A stretch of 32,000 nt of DNA from Escherichia coli (GTDB taxonomy: Bacteria; Pseudomonadota; Gammaproteobacteria; Enterobacterales; Enterobacteriaceae): NCBI RefSeq assembly GCF_041320205.1, contig NZ_CP100996.1. One strand, given 5' to 3'. The notes under the pieces were generated by a model. The model did no database searches. It saw nothing but the letters and a program-made list of their open reading frames with translations, and was not told where the DNA came from. Positions 11,029 through 19,479 of this stretch are shown in pieces; positions within the stretch are counted from its first letter, which is position 1, and each line of letters starts with the position of its first letter. A program made the translations under genes and the position numbers.

Positions 11029-11256
11029 ATGTATAAAACTCGCGGTGAAAGGATCGCAGAAAGGCTGTGCTGGATATTACTTCAACTGTATACCGGTAAT
11101 ACGGTATCGGTTAATGATATATGTCAGCGTTTCGCGGTCAGTCGCCGAACCGGACAGCGTGATTTGTTGAGAGTTGAAACTGTAACGGAAACTATTTCAC
11201 CTGGAAGGGTAAGGCTGGCAAATTTGATAAGGGAACGAGTTAGACGAAATTTTTAA
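11029..11256 (+). pseudogene. N-terminal fragment of DeoR/WYL-type HTH regulator
   Basis: GERIAERLCWILLQLYTGNTVSVNDICQRFAVSRRTGQRDL is an HTH_11-like N-terminus; only 75 aa remain. Confidence 0.5.
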
Positions 11257-11290
11257 TCGAATCCATATCAATTCTATAAAATATGAAAAT

Positions 11291-11318
11291 TAACGGGAGT
11301 AAATATACACTCCCGTTA
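11291..11318 (-). terminator. putative terminator hairpin downstream of the minus-strand ORF 11338..11745
   Basis: TAACGGGAGT-aaatatac-ACTCCCGTTA, perfect 10-bp stem, T-rich on the minus-strand 3' side. Confidence 0.6.
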
Positions 11319-11337
11319 TAATGCAACCTTTTTTTAA

Positions 11338-11745
11338 CTACTCAAATGATATTAATTTAGGTGCGACAGTGTTTTTATGACATGTTAAATTCGCAAGATC
11401 AATAATATCATGAAACAATTTTATGTCGTCGTCAGTGAGCTTTACGTCTGGATCAGCTAAATCGGCACAGGTAACATTTAACCAGTGTGTTAATGAATCA
11501 ATCCTGTTTGAAGTAATATATTCAGTGTGACCAATATCCCACTTCCAGTTGATCACCCGAGCAGGTCTGAATCTCACCTCCCGAACCCCAATTGGCGTTA
11601 CTGACTCAACGAGAGGGTATATCGTGTTAAGTACTTTATCATGTTCACTGTAGATATTTAAATGCCCCATTTTTGAACCGTAAGCCATTTTCATTATATT
11701 CTCTGTATAACTTGTTATTGGGGTGGCTCCGGGTAATGCTGCCAA
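11338..11745 (-). pseudogene. hypothetical protein whose N-terminus is truncated by IS1
   Basis: The ORF's first residues (MAALPG..) are encoded by the IS1 end; remainder is non-IS sequence. Confidence 0.65.
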
Positions 11746-11786
11746 CTTACTGATTTAGTGTATGATGGTGATTTTAAGGTGCTTGC

Positions 11787-12062
11787 GTGGCTTCCATTTC
11801 CATCAGATGTCCTTCCTGCTCCGCTACTGAAGGCGTGGTGCGTAACGGCAAAAGCACTGCCGGACATCAGCGCTATCTCTGCTCTCATTGCCGTAAAACA
11901 TGGCAACTACAGTTCACTTACACCGCCTCTCAGCCCGGTACGCACCAGAAAATCATTGATATGGCCATGAATGGCGTCGGATGTCGCGCCAGTGCACGCA
12001 TTATGGGCGTTGGCCTCAACACGGTTTTACGTCACTTAAAAAACTCAGGCCGCAGTCGGTAA
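11787..12062 (+). CDS. insA: IS1 protein InsA
   Basis: [39 protein letters not shown]... Confidence 0.97.
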   Translation: MASISIRCPSCSATEGVVRNGKSTAGHQRYLCSHCRKTWQLQFTYTASQPGTHQKIIDMAMNGVGCRASARIMGVGLNTVLRHLKNSGRSR

Positions 12063-12484
12063 CCTCGCGCATACAACCGGGCAGTGATGTGATTGTCTGC
12101 GCTGAAATGGACGAACAGTGGGGCTACGTCGGTGCTAAATCACGTCAGCGCTGGCTGTTTTACGCTTATGACAGGATACGGAGGACGGTTGTGGCGCACG
12201 TCTTTGGTGAACGCACTCTGGCCACACTGGAGCGTCTTCTGAGCCTGCTGTCGGCCTTTGAGGTCGTGGTATGGATGACGGATGGCTGGCCGCTGTATGA
12301 ATCCCGCCTGAAGGGAAAGCTGCACGTTATCAGCAAGCGTTACACTCAGCGCATTGAGCGACATAATCTGAATCTGAGACAACATCTGGCAAGGCTGGGA
12401 CGGAAGTCACTGTCGTTCTCAAAATCGGTGGAGCTGCATGACAAGGTCATCGGGCATTATCTGAACATAAAACACTATCAGTAA
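11981..12484 (+). CDS. insB: IS1 protein InsB / InsAB' transposase (via A6C -1 frameshift)
   Basis: Characteristic IS1 InsB sequence [26 protein letters not shown]...; TTAAAAAAC slip motif near the InsA end. Confidence 0.95.
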   Translation: MSRQCTHYGRWPQHGFTSLKKLRPQSVTSRIQPGSDVIVCAEMDEQWGYVGAKSRQRWLFYAYDRIRRTVVAHVFGERTLATLERLLSLLSAFEVVVWMTDGWPLYESRLKGKLHVISKRYTQRIERHNLNLRQHLARLGRKSLSFSKSVELHDKVIGHYLNIKHYQ

Positions 12485-12675
12485 GTTGGAGTCATTACCT
12501 GTTTTTGCTGCATATTTGGCCATGCACTTTTGCCATCAAGTCAGAGAGACAGGGGCACCGTAAGAGACGAAGGTTGCTGCCTGTGATGAGAGGTTATCAG
12601 CAATTACAATGGTCACTAATATTTACATAATGTCGGAGAACATCATTTTAGTTGAAATAATATAAAGGCGGTTCT

Positions 12676-13002
12676 ATGTATTTACATATCAGAAAGTATC
12701 AACTCGTAAATGCGAGATGGCGTGATATCATTGATTTGACGGATTATGAAGAAACAATCAAGCAGGTTGTGAGTACATTATTTGGAAATGATTTTATTGA
12801 GGTCAGAGTTGAAACGCGTTGTTTTATTCTGACAGTAAACAGTACAAGCAGTAAAATACCACACGGCATACTGGTGAATATGGGGAAAAGGCTGGCGGCG
12901 AATCTCCAGAGTATCACCTGTCATGCCATGCGGATCTATCATGTAAATGGCCATCCTGACGCGCGGCAGTTATTTCACTGTTTTGATGCCGATTGCCTGT
13001 GA
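12676..13002 (+). CDS. hypothetical protein (108 aa)
   Basis: Open frame with upstream AAAGGCGGTTCT; convergent with the polymerase gene. Confidence 0.5.
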   Translation: MYLHIRKYQLVNARWRDIIDLTDYEETIKQVVSTLFGNDFIEVRVETRCFILTVNSTSSKIPHGILVNMGKRLAANLQSITCHAMRIYHVNGHPDARQLFHCFDADCL

Positions 13003-13007
13003 TTAAG

Positions 13008-13036
13008 CCCCCAACTTCTGTTAAAGGAGTTGGGGG
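13008..13036. terminator. putative bidirectional hairpin between convergent genes
   Basis: CCCCCAACT...AGTTGGGGG perfect 9-bp stem; weak flanking T-tracts. Confidence 0.5.
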
Positions 13037-13050
13037 AGATTTAACGGTTA

Positions 13051-15651
13051 TCAGACTGGAAGACAGAATGTCGGATATTTACGGGCTATGATATCCATCA
13101 GTGACTTCATTCGCGGTGTTACAGAACTAAATTTCATTTGGGGTATTTTTGCTCTTACCGCATTTTTTACATCAGTCACCGTTACTGAATAGCCTTCTGA
13201 CGTCAGCCATTCAGCAACCTCTTTACAGGAATAACTTTTTTTATCTTTCAGCATCAGCCCCCATTGGCACTGAGTCAGCGCCCGGAGAAATAGTCTGACT
13301 AAAATATCATCACTACGTTTGCTTCCGACTTTTAGTTTCATATCAGAAAACACCGTCCGGCAATAGAGAAAATCACACCAGTCATCCCAGTCAGCCAGGG
13401 TCTTCAGTGTATGCGTTTGCCGCCAGTCGTCGAAAAGGGAGCGTTGCTGCAGAGCCTCTTCCATATTATCCCACGGGCGGGAAAACATCAGTAGATGCCC
13501 TTCATTCATGGCGGGCCGTACGGGCTGGCGTTTGAAATCGAATTCCAGATTAAGACGGATATCCTGTTCCCGGGATACCAGATCGCTTTCCGAGAGCCAC
13601 ATCTCACGCGTTGATATCAACGTACTTCGGGATAACGTCTGACCGGGTAAACGATTAAGGTAAAGATCTACCATATAGTCGTTATAGTCACTGCGTGGAA
13701 TATCGGCAGGAGGTTTGACGCCAGCCCTGGCATGAACAACAGGTTTTCCCTGAATCGCTTTATAGGTTAACTGCCCCCGGGTTTTCATGGCGATAAGCTG
13801 GCTGACCTCATGCTTACATGTCAACATTGATGAACCCGGATCAACAATATCGCACAGCGACTGGAAGCGGGAAGACAGTGGACCGCTCATGTTTATCTTG
13901 TCAAGTGGGCAATTTGTCAAAAAACCATCGGTTGTGACGCTGACAACCGATGAATCAGAAGGCAAAGCATTCATGAGTTCCCCGACAACGGCGCGGATAA
14001 ATCCCGTCACATGCGCAGCAAAGAATGGCTGAGTAACCGATGATGGTGGGAGGGATCTGTTTAATCCACGGGCAGTATCAAAGGCGGTTTTGGCGCGAAG
14101 GCCCTGAGCAAGTTTGCCATAAAGCGAGTTGCCAATTTCTTTCCAGAATTTCTCCTCCAAAGAACCCTTAATATGGCGATTACGGTTCTCACGGACCTGT
14201 TGAACAAAGGGAAGAAACACCGATGTTGATTCGCTGTTATGTGGGGAGGTGTCACAGATCCAGGGGACGATGATCCCATTATGGATCGTCATCTCTGCCC
14301 CGAGCGACAGAGCAAGTTCGATTTCAGGTGCCGTTGCCCATGATTCGCCACTTAATGGAAAGAATAACCCATATTGATCGGTCCGAACCGGCAGGCTGGG
14401 ATAGGGAACTGATTCCGGGAACCGAAATGTGACAAGCGCAAATCCCATCACATGCCCACAGTAATCGTCCGGATTTTTACTGAGGCGGATGTTTCCGTAA
14501 TCGGGTATGAGGATATCTAATAGCCCGGTGGTATACGCTCCAGCCAGATCGTAGTCATACCAGTGATCAGACGGTGTAACCCCCATCATAAAACACTCAT
14601 TGCGTCCGCCGTGGTAACAGTTGATCGGGAACGTTTCAAACAACTCTCTTGAAGGAACACTGGCGGGGTTTTTAATCGTCCGGAATGCCTGTTTCTCCGT
14701 GAGCCAGAGTTCACGGGTTTTAATGTGTGTCCCAAGGCAGACTTCAGGAGACATATTGTTTTCTTTAAGTGTTTTGGTGAACCGTGAAACTGCCATCGCC
14801 CCGATGGTGGCGGGGACACGATCAATCATCAGCTCCCGGGCGCAAAAATTGCGAACCTGTAAAGCATAACGAACCGCAATCTCGGCATCCCGCAGAGCAT
14901 AGGCTTCAAACCCTGCTCTGTCGCCCAGAAGATATTCACGCATATTGGTTATGGAATAAGGTGCAGGAATGGTGAGTTTGGGAAGACCCAGTAATTCACC
15001 ACATTCAGCCAGACCCATACCCCCGGGAGTGATAAGCAGTGTATCGATGAAAGCTACGTTACTGCAACGCGGAGGGGAAGTTCGTTTGTCAAACATTATC
15101 TGTTCAGTCTTTACGCGACGTTCCTGCTGTTCATCAAAATCGATACCGTAACGATTTTTGAAGCTGCTGACAGTACCGCGTATTCCTTTCAGAAGAATTT
15201 TGTAGTCTGACCAGAAATTGGCAAAGGAGGCGATATCCGCACGAATGAAATGCGCATATATATTAATAATACCGGGCCATTTTGTAATCACACCCGTTTC
15301 AAGAAGCGGTGTAATCGTTTGACAGAGAAATTCCTTAAAAGACAGCCGGGATTTTTTCTGTGAGTCAGGTGGATAGATAATGTTCGATATACCTGTATTA
15401 TCGGGTAAGACAACATAACTCTGATATGACAGAATATCATTCTGTCGTGTTTCAGGGTTGAAAACATATTCGGTATCAAAACCGATATGGAGTGTCAGGT
15501 CACTTGAAATAACAGATACTTTTTTTGATGCAGGTGGTATCACAGGATAATCATCAAGCGTTTTAGGTCTTTTACGATTGAGCGCTGGCTCTGAAGTCAC
15601 GGACTGATACCCCGAGGCGGCAGCGAGGATGTCCTGCAAATTATTGCTCAT
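13051..15651 (-). CDS. primer-independent family B DNA polymerase (piPolB-like), 866 aa; track ORF starts at 15714 but ATG at 15651 has a good RBS
   Basis: ExoI GFDTEYVF; ExoIII YALRDAEIA; polymerase motif A YDYDLAGAYTTGLLD; motif B EKFWKEIGNSLYGKLAQG; motif C VVSVTTDGF; KTRG near the C-terminal side; SD CGGAG upstream of ATG at 15651. Confidence 0.9.
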   Translation of the reverse strand: MSNNLQDILAAASGYQSVTSEPALNRKRPKTLDDYPVIPPASKKVSVISSDLTLHIGFDTEYVFNPETRQNDILSYQSYVVLPDNTGISNIIYPPDSQKKSRLSFKEFLCQTITPLLETGVITKWPGIINIYAHFIRADIASFANFWSDYKILLKGIRGTVSSFKNRYGIDFDEQQERRVKTEQIMFDKRTSPPRCSNVAFIDTLLITPGGMGLAECGELLGLPKLTIPAPYSITNMREYLLGDRAGFEAYALRDAEIAVRYALQVRNFCARELMIDRVPATIGAMAVSRFTKTLKENNMSPEVCLGTHIKTRELWLTEKQAFRTIKNPASVPSRELFETFPINCYHGGRNECFMMGVTPSDHWYDYDLAGAYTTGLLDILIPDYGNIRLSKNPDDYCGHVMGFALVTFRFPESVPYPSLPVRTDQYGLFFPLSGESWATAPEIELALSLGAEMTIHNGIIVPWICDTSPHNSESTSVFLPFVQQVRENRNRHIKGSLEEKFWKEIGNSLYGKLAQGLRAKTAFDTARGLNRSLPPSSVTQPFFAAHVTGFIRAVVGELMNALPSDSSVVSVTTDGFLTNCPLDKINMSGPLSSRFQSLCDIVDPGSSMLTCKHEVSQLIAMKTRGQLTYKAIQGKPVVHARAGVKPPADIPRSDYNDYMVDLYLNRLPGQTLSRSTLISTREMWLSESDLVSREQDIRLNLEFDFKRQPVRPAMNEGHLLMFSRPWDNMEEALQQRSLFDDWRQTHTLKTLADWDDWCDFLYCRTVFSDMKLKVGSKRSDDILVRLFLRALTQCQWGLMLKDKKSYSCKEVAEWLTSEGYSVTVTDVKNAVRAKIPQMKFSSVTPRMKSLMDIIARKYPTFCLPV

Positions 15652-15697
15652 AGTTAACTCCGAAAAAATGCCGGGAGCTGTGTCCCGGCATAAAGAA

Positions 15698-16336
15698 TCA
15701 AGATTTAATAACATTTACTACAGATTTGAAAATATCGGTTTTGTGTGATTCATCATCTACATGGATAAAGGAAACGAGTTTCCTGCCTACTTTAATCAGG
15801 ATACCGCGTTGCGTCTTTTCCACAGACGGGGTAACGTGTGCAGATAACAGACAATGTTCATGTAAATGAAGAAACTTTTTTGAGGCGTAGCCGCCATGTA
15901 ATCGGGCTTGAATGTCAAGATACATATCATCAAGAGAACCGGGTTCTCCTGATTCACTCAATACCGGATAACCCTTCTTATCAAAGAGGTTAAGGATAGA
16001 TTTACTATCATGTTCGAACAGGGTAACACCGTAAATGTATTTCATTCGAAAGGTGAGGGAATCGGTGGTGTAGACCTCCTCCTGACGATTGAAATTTTTG
16101 AGACGCCTGGCTAATTCATTAAAAACAGCACGAGCAGTAGCCGTGTCCTGCAGGGTGTAGGTATAAAGTACGAAGCCATCTGTGCCGATGAGCTTTACTA
16201 AGTTGTCCATAATCGTGATAGCGAGAACTAATGCAAAGGACAGATATTTTTCATCGTTGTCTACAGCTGTGTTTGCTGCTTCAGGAAGAATGTTCAGTGC
16301 ATTATTAGCATTATTTGCTGTGTTCTTAGTAACCAT
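15698..16336 (-). CDS. hypothetical protein (212 aa) immediately upstream of the polymerase
   Basis: Open frame, same operon orientation, 46 nt between its end and the polymerase ATG. Confidence 0.65.
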   Translation of the reverse strand: MVTKNTANNANNALNILPEAANTAVDNDEKYLSFALVLAITIMDNLVKLIGTDGFVLYTYTLQDTATARAVFNELARRLKNFNRQEEVYTTDSLTFRMKYIYGVTLFEHDSKSILNLFDKKGYPVLSESGEPGSLDDMYLDIQARLHGGYASKKFLHLHEHCLLSAHVTPSVEKTQRGILIKVGRKLVSFIHVDDESHKTDIFKSVVNVIKS

Positions 16337-16526
16337 TTATATCACCTTTAAGTTTGTTTTGACGATGTGCATTTTCCCACTCAACAATATCATCAAGAGA
16401 GAATCGTATAGCCCGCCCAATTCTGATGAAGGGCGGGAGTTTTCCGGGGTTGCGCGATATATCTGACGCAACCGTGGATGCAGAAAGATTAAATCTTTCT
16501 GCGAACTGCTTAATGGTTAAATACAT
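16326..16526 (-). CDS. AlpA-type HTH regulator / candidate excisionase
   Basis: 66 aa: MYLTIKQFAERFNLSASTVASDISRNPGKLPPFIRIGRAIRFSLDDIVEWENAHR. Confidence 0.8.
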   Translation of the reverse strand: MYLTIKQFAERFNLSASTVASDISRNPGKLPPFIRIGRAIRFSLDDIVEWENAHRQNKLKGDINGY

Positions 16527-16676
16527 AAACCTCCGGTTTCAGAGAATAAGAAGCCACGCGGATTTAATATCAATCCACATTCTGTGATGACTTAATGCAG
16601 GGCCCTGCAGAAGCATGCAATGACAATACCGTCCTTAAACGAGTGTTGCATCAATCACGAATCACAGATCATAGGT

Positions 16677-17804
16677 TCATTTTGTGTCATAACTTTCTAT
16701 GACCTGAGAAACCACTGCGTGTGATGTCGCTGCATTGTGAAAAGCGTAGCGACGGGTCGCCGTGAGTGAATGGTGATTTAGCAGATGGGAAGCGATTGCA
16801 ATATCCCCGGTCGCCTGTAGTACCCGGGTGGCAAAGGTACGGCGCAGGTCATGCATCCGCAGGTTATCAATGTTGGCATCCCGACAAATACGGGCAAAGG
16901 TTGCACGCGGATATGCCAGAGGGCGGGCATTGTCGGTTAGTTGTGGAAAAATGTAAGTTTTGCTGAGCATCAGGTCCTGCTGGCACTGGACAACTGCAAT
17001 GGCTGGAGGTGCAAGTGGGCAGGTGAAAGGGTGTCCGGACTTTGTATCAGGCAGTATGAGTTGATGCATATCCGGGTGCCAGTACTCCCATTTCAGGGTA
17101 CATACCTCACCAATACGCATCCCCGTATAAAGAGCAAGCAATATAGAATCAGCTGCCGGTGTTTGCAGCGCTGTTGCCGCGTCAATAAAGCGCGGGATTT
17201 CTGTCGCTGACAGTGTGCGATAGCGAATGTTATTTTCTTTCAGATAGCGGACATGTGTCATCGGGGAATGCGTGATCCATCCAGCACGTACTGCCAGAGA
17301 GCATATTTTGGACAATATTGCGAGGATACGGTTTACTGTTGACGGACGTAATTTTTCCCGTAAGCCAGCAGCATATTGTTCCAGTTCTCCTGCCGTGATG
17401 TCGCGAAGTTGCCGCTTGCCCCAGAACGGGCGAACGTAGAGGTTGAGTTTTGACAACTCTGACTGAGGACTCTTTTTATACAACTGCAAATCCGGTAGCC
17501 ACAGGTCATTGATGGCCTGTTCCACAGTGAATCGACGGGACTGAACAGCAAGGCGATTTTTATCGGCAAGCAGGTTCATCACATGCTGACGGGCATCCTC
17601 AATGCAGAGATGAGGGAATTCACCCAGTGTTTCATATATACGTTGATTTTTGATGGTGGCGCGAAAGGCCAGCGTGATCCGTTTTGGATATACCAGTGCA
17701 CGCAGGTTTTGGCACTGAATATCACGGTATTCCTGACAACCCGTGAGGGGATGTGGAAGTTGGTGAATTGATTTGTTGCTGAAACGCAGATCCAGAATAG
17801 GCAT
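16677..17804 (-). CDS. second tyrosine recombinase (XerC-like integrase)
   Basis: Catalytic motifs LYTGMRIGEVC, MHDLRRTFATRV and LLNHHSLTATRRYA; distinct from the 6658..7857 integrase. Confidence 0.92.
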   Translation of the reverse strand: MPILDLRFSNKSIHQLPHPLTGCQEYRDIQCQNLRALVYPKRITLAFRATIKNQRIYETLGEFPHLCIEDARQHVMNLLADKNRLAVQSRRFTVEQAINDLWLPDLQLYKKSPQSELSKLNLYVRPFWGKRQLRDITAGELEQYAAGLREKLRPSTVNRILAILSKICSLAVRAGWITHSPMTHVRYLKENNIRYRTLSATEIPRFIDAATALQTPAADSILLALYTGMRIGEVCTLKWEYWHPDMHQLILPDTKSGHPFTCPLAPPAIAVVQCQQDLMLSKTYIFPQLTDNARPLAYPRATFARICRDANIDNLRMHDLRRTFATRVLQATGDIAIASHLLNHHSLTATRRYAFHNAATSHAVVSQVIESYDTK

Positions 17805-17946
17805 CGTATTTCTCCTGTAAATGACACTGGAAAAATACGATGTGAGGTTATAGTCTGCCAGTTACAGCTTTCACAGTTCATCAGGTGAAAAATGCTGATT
17901 CGGATATAATGGCAACACAATTCCATGTCGCCATTATATTAAGAAA

Positions 17947-19077
17947 CTACAGTTTCATGATCTTGTTCGCTATTTTTTCGAAGTAAACCTCATTCTTAAG
18001 AAGAGTGATATTGTTAGTTTGAACACCCAGACCACTGGAGGTTGACTGGAAGTTGAGTGAACCACTTATCACGGTGGACTTTCCTGATAAAAATGAAATC
18101 AACTCCTTGGAAGATGGTGCCCACTCAGGGTTTAAGAGTAATGCAATGTAGATATATGTCTTACGAAGCAATTGTTCGATATCTTTTTTATACCCCGTAG
18201 TGTTTTGCTTACCTTTAATGCAAATTGATTTGATTATGAACTCATCAGGGCTGGTTAAAGGCGTTTTAAACTTATTCAGTGATCCATCGTTATGAATGAC
18301 TTCATAAGGCAGCATAGATAAAATGATCAATGCAATCATTTTAGGATGATAAAGGTAGTTATCACGAATGATTTTTCCTGCCTTCATTGTATTGAGTGTT
18401 GTTTGAATAAATACAAAAAGATATTCAGAGCAAAAGTAACAAAACACAAGCCAGGATAGGTCAATGGCTGGAATGTTAATATCCTTAGGTAGTTTGTTTA
18501 GCCAGTATTCAGACTTCAAAAAGGTCCTGATTTCAACAGTATATTCATGCATTTTTGCGCTGAAATCAAGCATTGCTACTTGACCTGATTGTTCCGTAAC
18601 TGTGTGGTCTATAAATGTTAGTGTATTGCACATTTTATCCAGCGTGTTTTGAAAACAAGAAAGGAGTTCGGCATTATTATTACCATTAACCGCAGATGAA
18701 AGTTCAGTTGCAATAAATGCATCCAGTAGCATACAGATTTTTTTCGGAATGACATTTTTACGGGATTGCTGTGAATAGAAATATACTGCCAGTAAATTAA
18801 AGGCAGTGCACTCCTTTTTTAACCATTGTTCGAGCACTGGGACGTGCTGAAAAAAATTGATATGCTTAGCAGTAGATGCTGATGGAGATAGTACATGAAG
18901 AATATCTACAGCAGGCTTCATTTGCAATATTTGATCGGATTCGGTAGTCGTCATTAGTTCCAGTAATTGCTGTTCAGAAAATAGTTTAGACAGGTGATCA
19001 ATGTCTTTTTGGTATTGGTTAAGTTTTTTTAAATTCCCCGGTACACGGGTTACATTGTTTTTCATTTTCTCGAACAT
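17947..19077 (-). CDS. hypothetical protein, 376 aa
   Basis: Long AT-rich open frame in the same orientation as the polymerase block. Confidence 0.7.
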   Translation of the reverse strand: MFEKMKNNVTRVPGNLKKLNQYQKDIDHLSKLFSEQQLLELMTTTESDQILQMKPAVDILHVLSPSASTAKHINFFQHVPVLEQWLKKECTAFNLLAVYFYSQQSRKNVIPKKICMLLDAFIATELSSAVNGNNNAELLSCFQNTLDKMCNTLTFIDHTVTEQSGQVAMLDFSAKMHEYTVEIRTFLKSEYWLNKLPKDINIPAIDLSWLVFCYFCSEYLFVFIQTTLNTMKAGKIIRDNYLYHPKMIALIILSMLPYEVIHNDGSLNKFKTPLTSPDEFIIKSICIKGKQNTTGYKKDIEQLLRKTYIYIALLLNPEWAPSSKELISFLSGKSTVISGSLNFQSTSSGLGVQTNNITLLKNEVYFEKIANKIMKL

Positions 19078-19479
19078 AATTTTATCCTCGTTTGAATTAA
19101 TACACTGATTTAAAAAGTAGCATGTCGTGTTAGCGAGGTAATCCTAAAACGTGAATGGGATCAGGGGCAAGCTTGAATCTGCGTAAGGATATGGCTTAAA
19201 TTTAATGGTGTAATTAGTGGATTAGAGGCTTATAGCTATTTAAATACAATAAGTTATGACGGTGTGTGGCGGGTGTAAATCGGTTAGTTTTTATGGTTAA
19301 AATATGAGCGCTATGAGGTTTCAGAGATGGTGGTGTTTAAATTACATAAAACCAAGGCCTGATAATCAGTATCAATACCGGAACGATGTCATATGATTAA
19401 CACTGTCTATGGCATTGATAATGATCTATGCAAGGCTGAAATTAGCTCTGCTTCACGATGATATAGTGTTCTATAAAGA

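Larger units (their letters stand above)
11732..12499 (+). mobile_element. IS1
   Basis: 768 bp from GGTAATGCTGCCAACTTACTGATTTAGTG to ..CTATCAGTAAGTTGGAGTCATTACC; flanks lack a matching 9-bp duplication (gtggctccg vs tgtttttgc). Confidence 0.97.

Noticed and set aside
13374-15479. Multiple short ORFs on the plus strand and in other minus frames within the polymerase gene
   Set aside because: All lie inside the strong motif-bearing polymerase frame and show no own motifs or RBS.
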